Positions 48,798-60,600 of a stretch of DNA of 64,000 nt are shown piece by piece. The stretch is from Amoebophrya sp. A120 (lineage: Eukaryota; Protista; Dinoflagellata): positions 2,561,065 to 2,625,064 of the forward strand of contig CAJINV010000003.1 of assembly GCA_905178155.1 (NCBI GenBank). The letters run 5' to 3'. The number at the start of each line of letters is the position of its first letter. The first letter of the stretch is position 1. The notes below the pieces were generated by a model. It searched no databases, was not told the DNA's origin, and saw nothing but the letters and a program-made list of their open reading frames with translations. A program made the translations under genes and the position numbers.

Positions 48798-51700
48798 CTA
48801 CAAACCCCTCTTCGCAACAGGTTTGGCTTTTCCCATTTTCACAACTCCGGCGCCAATTCCCTCCGCACTCGACGCGGTAGAAGACTTTTCAGAGGACATT
48901 ACCAGTTGGTTCTTTTTTTTCTTGACCAAGAGCGGCTTGTTTTTGCTACTTCGCATTAGTGGTGCGCCTCCTGGCTGCGCGCGACCTTTTCGGTCATACC
49001 TCTGCAGGAAGAGCGCGATGATGAGGGTCAGACCAGCAACTAGCAGAAAAAAGAACAAGGCAGCGCCAGCCAGCGTTGCGACTTGGGAGCTGCTAGAAGT
49101 AGTTGAGGTGGCGTCCGTCTGAAAAATCCGGAGGAAAAAGGCACGCGGGCCCAAAGAATTTACCAGCGAACCTCCTTGCCTCGACAGGAGTGGGCGGCGC
49201 ATCAGTAGTTCCCTGTCGAAATGATCTTGCAGCCGATCTACACCAGCTGCACCACCGGACATCAACTCCGGGCTTTTCGGCCGGCCAGTCCCCGTCCGCG
49301 CGCCCCCGAGGGCCTCCTCGGCAAGTTGTCCTGCATCTGGCGCAACCAGGTCGGAAAATTTTTCGTGTCCGAGAAGTTGGTCAATGTGGCGGAACAAAAA
49401 TGTCGGGTTGCTGTACTCGATTTCGCTCGGGTTGTACTTCAGGCCTATCATGTTTGTGAGCATGTAGGCAAAGACAACGTCGTTGCTGTTCGCTTTATTG
49501 TTCATCGTCATCTTCGAGAAAGTTGTACTAGAGGGGGCACGACCACAAGAACTACCATGCGGCGACGTCACCCTAAGTGGATTCTTTTTTGCCGTCGCCT
49601 GGTCGTCTCTCCCCAGCGCGAACGACTCGGAACCCGACTTTTGCTTTTGGATCCCAGCAGCAGAGGAAACACTGTTCAAGAAGTTGTTCACACTGCCGCT
49701 CGCGGCCAGTCGATCGATGGTGTCCGTGTCGTCACCTTCGTCCACCCCGGCCTGCTCTGGACTACTGCACAGCTGCACCATCTGATCTTGCGCCCCGTCT
49801 GATGAGACAAGTTGCGAGGACTCCACCTCACCGATCGTATTCGCGATTGTTGGCAACACGTAGCTCGTCTCGCCCCGCCGAATGGCTTTGTTATACTCGT
49901 GAATGTGCAATGCGAAGAACTCGGAGAGTTTTGCTTTGTTTGCGAACACCGCCTGCAGCTGCTGTTGACTGGCAAGAATGGCGGCATTTTGCGGTTTGCC
50001 GGCCGGTATCCGCTGCAAAAGGATCGAGTCCGAAAAATTCGTACTAATTGTACTTTCCATATTAAGAAATTGAAATTTTGACCTTGGGGGAATTCATTGT
50101 GATACAAGAATTGATACTTGTACCAGTAGTACGAGTAGCACGATACTTTTGCAATGGATAGGCGGAGTTGCGGCATCGTTGTCACCCCGCATGAACTCCA
50201 TGGCGTACCTATGACAGTGCACAACTCCTTCTCATCTGCCCCTCTCATGAAAGGCATCCCAGCACTACGGGCACTGGCAAAGAGGCAGCTTTTGCATGAC
50301 AAATTTGTACAGGCTTCTATATGCTATTTCGGCTTCACCACTTCCTGTCACGCAAACGGTGCTTGTTACACGGAAGACGAAGCGATGACTTGGCATTGAC
50401 TTTGCGAGACTAAAAATCAGGGGGAAGGACGGGAGGTAGAGCTAGAGGTTGTGTACTCATCATCTCATAGTACCGAACTAGCCCACGGGGCTGCCACTGC
50501 TCGTTGCGGCCGCCGAGTGCGCTCGCGTACTCGCCGTGCAGTGCATCGGCGTAATCAAGGGCCCGCGCTCGATGGTTTTTCACCACGGCGTAGAGCAGGC
50601 CGAGAAACAGAATCCGTTCGTCCAATTGCTTGTGCAGCGACCGGGTAGTGAAGAGGTAGAACAGCAGGAGTCCAATGGCGTAGCTATCGGGATCGCGGTC
50701 GAGGGTCACGGTGAGTGGCTGCAGGAACCCGACGGTGCCCCCAGCCGTCTGGTACGACGTGAGGCGAGGTGAATGAGTGCCGGGATTTTTGTTTTGCATT
50801 TTTGTAGCAGCAGGAGGAAGATCCACCGCCACGGCAGCTGCGCCACCACTTCCTCCTGCGAGCAGTCGTGAAGAAATTATATCCTTTTTAGCGACCGCAG
50901 ATGGAGGTCGTCCTTGTTCATCAGATGACTCGTTCCGCGATGCTGAAAATGGCCGGTTCTCGACGAATGCGCTAGACCCGAAGTCGACGACTTTTAGCCG
51001 CCAGGTTTTCGCTTTTTCGTCAAAGGAGACCAACAGGTTCTCTGGTTTCAGGTCCCGATGCTGCAGGCTCAACTTGCGCAGCATCACCTGCAGCAGCAGC
51101 AGTTCCCGGCTGAGTGCCATGGAATCGCGGGCGAGCTTTCTCCATTGCGTCCGCTCTACTTCCCTCTCACGGGCGGCGCGCCGCGCCGCGGACTGGTCAT
51201 CTAGTACTTGGTCGCGCGCTGGTGCTGCGCCTCCGCCCGCAAGGAAATTCGTAAAGCGGCTAACATGTTGTTGTGGGTCGACGTTCGCTCGGCCGACACT
51301 AGAAGTACTAGCAGGAGAAGAGGGTGGTTGCGGATGAAGCTGCAGCTGGGCAGAGACAACTGTGGCTCTGCTACGCTTCTCGCGCCGACTTTCCAAGTAG
51401 GTTCGCTGGCTCTCAATCTCGTCGAGAACTTCGCGAAGCTCGCGTCCTGGTGCCTGAAGTCACATTTTTGTGTGCCTGTCGCTAGTACCTCGTTGCTTCA
51501 AGAAATCCGTAATATCCTATGCAAAAACATTTGTCATACCAGAAATTGAAATAGAAAATAAAGCCAACTTGTGTATTCTATTATACACGAATCATTTAGT
51601 ACTCCACGACCTGCTCTATGATCTTGCATCAGCAAGGTACTATACCAGTTCCATGGCCAGAAAAAGCAAATTTTTGTTTTGCGGGAAGACGTGCAGCGCA

Positions 51701-52263
51701 AGATCAGCACAGGGGACCAAACGGGCAAACTGAGGCGTGTCAATCACACGGCGGCAGAGCTGGCGGAGGATATCATACTCCCGATACAACGCGTCCGCTT
51801 CCGCATGGTTATCAAACGCGTAGGTCGCAGCTGAAATTGATGTACTACTACCCGGCTTCTTCAGACCTGCAGACGAGTCGGGTTCGGTTCGCTGCACGAA
51901 CCCGCCTCCAATTTTTCCGAACGCAGACGTGCCACTGCCCGCGGGTATCTTGACCGCCACGTAACGGGACAGAGTACGACATTTCCAGACGCGTCCGAAC
52001 GCGCCTTCGGATATGGCCGAAACAAAATCGTATCCCTTGCTCCTCAAGAACTGTTTCCAGGTCCCTTCGGCAGACTGAGTTACTGGAATTTGCAGTGGTG
52101 CGGCTGGCCATGGCTGCTGAGTTGAGTTCGAATTTTTCTGCAAGATGTTGACCGGATCGTTGGCAACGGAGGGCACGGTGCTGCTTGCACAGGAAACAAA
52201 TGTAGTTCCGAGAAAAAACGGGCAAGTGACAAGAGAAAGAAAATTAAGCAACACGAAGCTCAT
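48798..52263 (-). CDS. Divergent protein kinase with a predicted N-terminal signal peptide and a C-terminal TM helix
   Basis: ISEGAFGRVW, VAVKI, MEL|APGREL (GT-AG intron 51454-51645), HRDLKPENLL, VVDFGSS, GTVGF, DSYAIG; TM LAGAALFFFLLVAGLTLIIALFL; 2 introners. Confidence 0.82.
50007..50160. mobile_element. Introner family E
   Basis: DR GCCGG/GGCGG; ends TATCCGCTGCAAAAG / CTTTTGCAATGGATA. Confidence 0.85.
50210..50469. mobile_element. Introner family F
   Basis: DR GTACC/GTACC; left end TATGACAGTGCACAACTCC identical to that of 3392. Confidence 0.88.
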
Positions 52264-53399
52264 TTTTCGGGCATTAAGGAGGTGCGGCTGTGGTAGGTAG
52301 ATGGAAGGTCAAATTTGGTTTTGGATCTTCGTGGAATTGATACAGAAATAAACATAGGAACATGATCTTGTGTATACTACGAAGGTCAACGTAGCTTTCC
52401 TTTCGGGCAATGGCGGTCGATTACTCGACTGCGATCCTGTTCCCTACGTATGATGATGATTGAATGTACTTATAGTATGGAGTCTTGACGAATGACGCAC
52501 CATCTTGAAGAAAAACAATGTAATGCAAGCTTCTTAGACATCTTGAAGAAAATGAAAAACAAAGACAGTGTTGCAGCTGCTGAAACTAAAACAAAAAATT
52601 TAGAAGAGCAAGAGACATGAGGGATCAGTATCCGGCGCGCAGCCAACACGGCGAAACTTCATCGATGAAACAACTGGCCTTTGCTGTGCATTGATGAACA
52701 GCTCGTGTTTTATGTGTTGTTCTGACACGACAGAAACACAGGTGCACGGCCATTTTTACCGGCCGTGGAATCGAGGCACGGCATGGCATTCGCACAGTGT
52801 AAGTATCTACTTATTTCGTTTCGCGCGGTCTAGCCCGTTGGTCATGGTCATCCTCATCAGATCGACGGATGAAGCTGCTGCATTTTATTTGACAATGTCC
52901 TTATTGATAACACAATACGAAACAGTAGCTGTGCGTTGTTCAATGAGATTCAGAATGAAAAATATTTTGCTAGTAAGATCCGTTCATCACGAGAGGCATT
53001 TCTTTGTAGACTGAGACTGCGACAGCAAAAGCGCAGGTCGTGAATGAGTGAAACTCGTGAGCTCCTTGTTTCTTTACCGTTTGTTGGGATTGTTGGGATC
53101 GCTTGAAGGTGTGAAATAGGAAGCTGAAAATTCGTTTGCGTGTCCGCGCTTGTATGCTGGATGATACCTGCGAGATTGCGTTTGCTTTTCATGCCTGGAT
53201 GAAGAAGATCATGCACATCAAAATAGTGAATTTCGTCTTTTCTATATTCTTTTTCCTGTATTGAGTTCCCTCCGTCATTCGAATCTCACTGTATCCTTCC
53301 TATCGATACATGCATCACTGCGATAGTAAGCGACAAAATCAAAATCTACGTTGCGAGCTGTTCAAACGAATGAATAAAGCCTTAATCTTCAACATCACA

Positions 53400-53945
53400 A
53401 GAAGCATCGGTATGTACCCGAATTCTTTCTTGAGCATGTCGATTCCCTTTGCGTGACCCTCCCGGACTTTTCCATAGGCATTTTTCAGGTAGCCCTCCAT
53501 CGCTGTCAGCATTGAAGAGAATTTGATTTTTTCCGATTTCGATGCTTTTTCCTATGACCTTCAGGCATGAATTTATGGTCGTCCCGAATGATTTTCAAAA
53601 AGAAAAATTTTATGCAGATGCAAAAACGAGAAGCGAAAAGTTATTTCGGTCTCAAATAATAGTACCGTCAAACTGCTTCAGGACACCTCCGATACTTGCT
53701 TCGCTAACGAGTGAATCGCAATAGTCTTGCATGTTCTTTATTTTTTCCTCGAGTGCGGCTTTCTCCTTCCGCAGCGCAATAAGGTGGGTGTTCATTTCGA
53801 TGAGGCCGGTCTTGTCTGCGTTTATTTCGCGCTCCAGGTTTTTCAGTCCTTCCTCCAGCTTACTCATCATTGCCCCCGCATCGGTGCCCGTCTTGTGGAC
53901 CTGGGCCCCGAGGTCTCGCTTACTTGAGGAACTGGCGGATTTCAT
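53400..53945 (-). CDS. Short coiled-coil protein (exon boundaries uncertain)
   Basis: 97-aa heptad-rich ORF 53652-53945; likely second exon MLTAMEGYLKNAYGKVREGHAKGIDMLKKEFGY near 53410-53515. Confidence 0.5.
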
Positions 53946-54613
53946 GTCTACGCTGCCACCCGAGACGGACGGGGTGCTCGCAAGTAAAGATGTATTTGAG
54001 ACCAGAACTGGATTGAAAATAGAATTTTTTCAATACAATACAACTCTGAAAACCGATCCAGCACTAGTAAGTGCATAAGTTAGTATGCATCAAAAACCAA
54101 CATTTGAAATTCTACCTACTTTACCTTGGATCATAAATAACTTAGGAAATATCAGACTTCGCACAACGATTCCGAGGTCATTTCACATCAGTACAGTATC
54201 TCAGAACAAAAACGGCACGCGCTCAAATAGAATCGATGTCGCTTCCCTCTCACTCGTATCTCCTGTCCGCCGGACATTGATCTTCGACCAAACTCGTACC
54301 TCCATTGCCCGACGGCGACGACACAAAAAGCCGGAGAACAAAGCAACCTCAACAGCTTTTTCCTTGGTTGCAGAGGCAGAGATGAAGTTAGTCGTTCCTA
54401 CGTGACTATGACTATCGATGTAGTACTAGCTGCTGCAGTAATGGCTGCCGTCCTTCCAAAAAGTCCTAACTTTGTGTCGTCGGAACATCTGCCCGGTAGC
54501 AGGCGTCGTCCAGTTTCAGAATTTCAATTTGCCACCCACATGTTCTTTGGGTATTTTTCTCGCTTGCCGCGCGTCTCGAACGCGGCAGCGCTACAACTTG
54601 GGCATCTAAGTAA

Positions 54614-57600
54614 TCATCCCCTTGGAGATGGCGCCGCTGGTGCTCCACTTTTTGCCTGCTGCAGCATGCTTTTGAAATCGAATACGCGTTTCAGTTTTTC
54701 CGTTTCCAAGCGATCGAGGCGGTCAAACTCCCATATGGGATTCTCAAGCGTTACATTCTCAAGCGCTGCGTGAGTTTTTGCTGCAGTAGTAGCAAACTTT
54801 GAAAGGGAGAGCTTGCACTTCTAGCATTACAAATAATTCGGCACAGATCTACACGCTGTGCAGCCATTCAAAAATTTGTATATGCGAAGTACTAGCTTCA
54901 TTGTGTGAATGTCAATTGATGTTAATTTTGCATGGCAAATCCTTGTAACAATTCAGAATTTAAAGTTTGAGAATCCCATATCCCACGCGGCCTGGCGCGG
55001 GTCGTCCTTCAGGACGAAGTATCCGTAGTCGAAATCGTACTCCGCCGGTCACTATCAACTACAAGCATCTCTGGGTCTGGTCGCGAAGAGATGGTACTTG
55101 TTGTTATGCGTGACTGCGGTTAATCATACAAGCGGAAGCCTATGTCTATCGTCCGCAGTTCCGCATTACAAGTTTCCAGACCCAGATGATATAAATTCAA
55201 TTTATGCTGTGGATAGGAAGGGTGCGGGCTCCCCCTCGCGGTCCAGCTTCTCAAAGTCGGCCAATTCCATCGCCAGGTCTTCTTGCTGCAGCTGCTCGAC
55301 CTCTTCACCCACAACGACCGTGCCCTGCTCGTCAACTACATTCACAACCTCCTGTGCGTCTCTATGATCGTCCTGCTCTTCTTGCTCATTATGCATGGCA
55401 AACACGTCTGGGTCAGGAATACAATTAGAGGTGCAGTAGACTTATAGTGCGTGAGCATCATGTGCTCCCTGTCAGTCACACAAAAATGTGCCACGCATGA
55501 GTATAGTAGAAGAAGACGATGAAGCTATGCATTTTTGGGTAACTTGAAAGGCAGTGCAAGGACCTTGCCAAACTCGTGATGCAAGGCCCCGTATTCCAGA
55601 GCTTCTGGGCTATCGCGAAACTGTATGGCAAACTTCTGTACTCTTTCCGACCCAGACATATACATATTTGCAGTCGATACTGCTCCATTTGCTGCAAATT
55701 GGCCAACGCCACCTCCGGCAGGAAAAGGAACGGGGCAAGTGGGTTATCTGTCGCATGCTGTGGATTAAGTTCTTGAGATCTTCGCACGCGAGCTGTGGCA
55801 TTCGCACGATCACGGGCTTGCTTAGTTACATCCGTCGTGGCATACGCGTTGAGACCTGCATCAAAAGATCCTGATGACACAGGCCATGCGTGGTCGAGCT
55901 CATCTTCACCATATAATTCGACGCTCTCCTGTGATGTAGTGGCTTCCTCGTTTCGATGCTGTTTTCGTTTCGCGCCAGCGGTGTTGTTGTAGTCGTACTT
56001 GTTGGTCGTGGCGTCTTGGTCTTGCATTCGCAAGAAGTCAACACGGCGTTGATCACCAACAGTTCTGTGGCGCCTGTCAAGGCGAAGGCCGTTTCCAAAA
56101 ACAGGATCTCCTGCGCCCTCAGACTCCTCTTCAGCTCTCGGGCCGCGTATTTTTTCCGTTCTGCTTTCGTCCGCGCGGGACGTCACGGTTTCCGTTACGC
56201 CCTGGTTTTTTTGCTGCAGTAGATAAGAAATGCCCGAGGAAGCGAAAATGGGGATGCTCACGCGTTCCTCGTCGGGATGAGTGTCCTCGTCTGTCTCTCG
56301 CTCGCCGGGATAAAACCCGAAAAACCGTCGCAACCCGGTCAGCCACGACGTTTTAGAAGAAGAACTCTTCTCGACTGTGCGGGCGCTGGTCTTCTTCTTG
56401 CCCTTTTTTCCCTTTAGGAGCCTGCGTTCCTTCTGCACCTCGGCATCAATCCATTCCTGGCGTAGCGGAAGCTTGACCTGCTGCTGTGCGACGTTCAGTT
56501 CAGCCACGAGATGTCGCTGTTGCTCCTTTAGGCTCCTTATGCATTTTTGCAAATATGTCCTCGAGGCCTGGAAACTTGTGACAAAGACAATGAAAAATGG
56601 TCATAATTGATGTTGAACAGCCTACTTCCTAGTGCCGCTCTCTCTGGCATAATTGGAATTTCCACTTTTCCAGACCCCGACATATTTGAACTGGATACTC
56701 CTCGCTGCGATATCGGCAGTGAGGTCTCGCGCTGCTCCGACGGGCAAACTTGTGATGCGGCGAACGATATCAAATGTAAAAATGTCTGGGTCTGGAAGAT
56801 TCTGACACTTGTCATGCACGTTGTGCATGAGCCATGATGTCTGTGATGCATACCCTAGCAATACAGATTTTTTGAGGGCTTCTTCATGCCTATTCCGCAT
56901 GACAAATGCCTTCTACTCAGCGTCGCAAAAATTGCATTCCCGTTGGTAGTCATGCAATACAGATTTTTTTGGAATCCAAATGCAGCATCACAAGTTGCAT
57001 TCTTCCAAACCCAGACATTTTTACATTTGATAAACGAGAATTTGATTCCAAGTCTCGCTCGGATCCACCTCCGCGACGGTTCCATCTGGAAATATGAAGC
57101 GTCCCTCGTCTTCTTTACCGGCACTTCTACCAGTTGGAGTTTTTTTATGGAAAAATTTCTCCAGCAGAGCGCTTGGGAGGGCCGCCGAGTTATTTTCATC
57201 GTCTTCGGCTTCTTCAGTCGATTGCGTATTCATTTTCAACTCGCGGCGGTCGTTCTTCAGCTGCGTCTTATTAACTTCAAGCGGCAGAAAGTGCTTGTTG
57301 ACCGCCACTATCTCATCCCCTGCCTGCAGGTGGTGTCTGTCGGCCCACTTTCCCAGTGTGATTTCCCGGATAAGTACTTGTTGCAAGGGTGGTCGTGCGG
57401 GGCCACCTGTGTTGTTTGCAGCACGACCAGTCGTGCTGGCCGTGGTGGTCCGGCCATCGTCTACTCGTCTGCGAGATTGGAGTGTCACTGATTCTGTAAA
57501 TTCGGAAAAGCTCTGCACACCCAGCTGCACGTATTCGAATTCGTTTTGCAGGAACAAAAACTCGCAGCCGCCGGCGTGTTCAGTAATTTTAGGTGGCGCG

Positions 57601-60600
57601 CCGGCTTCCCCCGCGGCCCCGCCTGCCGCAACGGAAACACTAAAAGGGTCGTCAACGTCAAAGTCGCTGGCGTCATTGTCGGCTCGGTTCTTGATCGCTA
57701 CTGCCCTTTTCAATAGTGTTTCTGTCGGCGTGGAGCCCGGGAACGAAAGGATCTCGGTGAGACCCGCGTTCATGGCTTTCACCAACACATCTCCGGGCTG
57801 CAGTCCGCGCCCCGCCGCAACCGAGTCAGGCAAAACTTTTGTGACCACCACGCGGGGGAATTTTTGCGTCCAACTGACGCCGAAGCCGAATCTGTTCAGG
57901 AAAACATCGTCCTCCTGGTCGCGCGGAAGCCCCATGGCCACCGACGGTCCTTTATTAATCTTATAATTGCTTTTCGTTTTGCCCTTCACAACAACCTGGT
58001 GGCCTTCGTTGACCTTGGCTTTATTTCCCTTATTCGTGGATGATTTATTCGTTCCCTTGATGTTTATCTTCCCTTTGCCTTTGGCGTTTTGTCCCGGACG
58101 AGCAGCAGCCGCGTCTGCAGCTTGTTCTTGGCCGCCGACAAGGGCCTCGAGGCCGCCCAGATTCCACTCCACCCAACCAACAAGGCCGAAATCGCGTCGG
58201 TGGAGTGCGGGGACGGTTGCAAGCAAATCCAGCTGGTGCAACTCGGTGGGCGTTTGCGCTGCCTGGCGTATCAGCGCAGGCAGGAACTTCAGCCTTTCTG
58301 CCTGACTAAAAGCCCGCTCCTCCTCCGTGTACTGCGGAACGGAAATATTAAATGGGAAATTACTGTAGCCGTCTGCCAGCTGTAAGCCGTCCTTCATCTT
58401 CGAGGCGTGTTCCCGCGTTTTTTTACGTGCCAGGAGGCCAACGATCAAGTCTTCCGTTGTTCTGCCGTTCAGTGTGTGACTGCGGCGGTCGGCAGCAGTC
58501 ATGCCCTCGGCCTCGCGCGCTTCGCTTTTCCATTCCACCCTATGGCGCTCTCACACGTATAGTACCTTGTTTGCTGCTCTTGCGGCGCGACTTTGTGACG
58601 CAACATTACTGCAAAAGTATAGTGAAGGCGGACGGATTATAGTACGGAGCATCTGGATATGGATTAACACATACACAAGAGCTTGCGCGTCTTGCACATA
58701 CAGATTTCGTGTGGCTTTACATACAATGAATTGTAAAGTCAGTGCGCCGTCGAGAACTTGTCATGCAAAGTAGCTTGTTCTTGATGATTGGTGTGGAGTT
58801 CCACTGGAGGGTGATACTTATTCATCTGTGTGACGACAAGTCTTCATATGTACTACTTACAGTCATCAATGTAATCATGTTTGAGCGCGCCATAGGCTTT
58901 GTTGCAATCGTGGGACTCGGCGTCGACCAAACTCATCAGCCTCCGTTCTCCGGCCTGGAGGTTTTCCTCCCAACTGCGCCACTGCTGAATCAGGCGCTCG
59001 AGCTCGCGCAGGGTCGCGCGGTCGCTCTTGCGGCGCCGAAGGTGGTCGGTGAGGTACAGGGTGCGACACACCTTCACGGCCAGCCAGTTCGTCTGCTGGT
59101 ACCACGGGATCGGTAACTTCGGTGGCTCTGGTTTGGGCGCCGCGATCGCTCCTGCCGGTTTGGCCTGTAGTCCTCCTTGTTTTTGGTTTTCATCTTGCTT
59201 CTTTTTTTCAGTAAAACTATCGCCCGCCTGACCCTGAGGGCCATCTGCGGTGTGAAAGTTGTCTTCTTGCTTCCTTCGCGCGTCGGTGGTTTTACTTTTC
59301 TTCTCTGGGGTTGTTTTTTTGTCGCTGCTCTTCTCGTTCTGGTTCTTTTCTGCATCCGACTCGTCGTCGTCTTCTGGAGCAAACATAAACGGCTGCAACA
59401 TTCTCTTGAAAAATCCTGGAGACTTGTTGTTCTCTTCACCATTGGCAGAAAGGTGCGGTCCTGGTTGTTCGGGGCTGGTGTTCCTCGCGCTCGTGGGACT
59501 ACTATTCGTCGTCCGTGGGTCTGCTTTTGGTTTTCGTCTTCTTTCACGACTACTTTCTCCTCCAAAGGCGTTTTGGGAGCGAGCGAGGAGGCTGGCGTGG
59601 ATGCTCTCCTGCCATTCGAGGGGAATGCGGCGCTGAAGGTGGACAACGTGTGGGTTCTTTATTCGGGCAGTGTAGGGAAAGGGATCAGCGCTCGTCCGGC
59701 AGAAAAGCAGGTACACCGGCCGGTCCCGCTCAGCAGTGCCAGCTTCTTCTTTCACCTTCACTTCGAGGGCTTGCTTCTCTGCCGCAGTCATGTCGGCGAT
59801 CGGAAAACAGCACTTGTGGTTGATCGCCAGCAATTCATCCTCTTTCTCCAGCTCGCAAGCTCGGGCCCAACTGCGGTCGGCAATTCTACCGATTTTGATT
59901 CGGGACTTGCCGAAGGCCCACTCCACGCCGAGGGGCGGCGTTCCCGGCTTGCAGACCAGCTGCAAGAATCGGCTTGCAAACTTCTGCCGCAGAAAGGTAA
60001 ACCGTAACGGCTTCGGGTTTCTCAGCTGCGAAAGGTCTACCTCCTGCTCCGTGCCGTGGTTCTCCCGCTGGCGCTTGGTTTCCTCCTCCAGTGCCTTCTT
60101 CAACGCGAGCTGCTCCGTGAGCTTTGCGACAAGAACATCCTCCGGGGAAAAAGCAAAAATTTCGTCTGCCTGGCTTGCCGTTTGTGCTCCATCGGGTCGT
60201 GGTGTGGCAGGGGCTGCAGGCGAATTTTCAGACGGTACTACCGTCCTATCGTACGAAAAAAGTTTTTCACTGTAAGTGTAAGGATTTTGCAAGTTCTGCA
60301 TCACAAGTCCGTTCTACATCATAGAGAAAATTTGCCATGCGAGATCCCTAATCAATGGAAATAAACACAGCTAAAAATCCATTGTCTTGCATGTGTAGCA
60401 AGACAAACACGTTTCGGATGCATTTTCTGCATTACAAGTTTACACTTTACAATGAAACAGTTTTTTCTTGCGATATGTCCAGTCACTCAAGCGGGTGATT
60501 TTCTCGTCGAAGGCCAGGAGAAGCATGTCGCCCGGCACATTGCCGCCTTTGACAGCGGGTGGAGGCTTTTTCTCGTCCACCGATGAGGTGCTGCTCTTGA

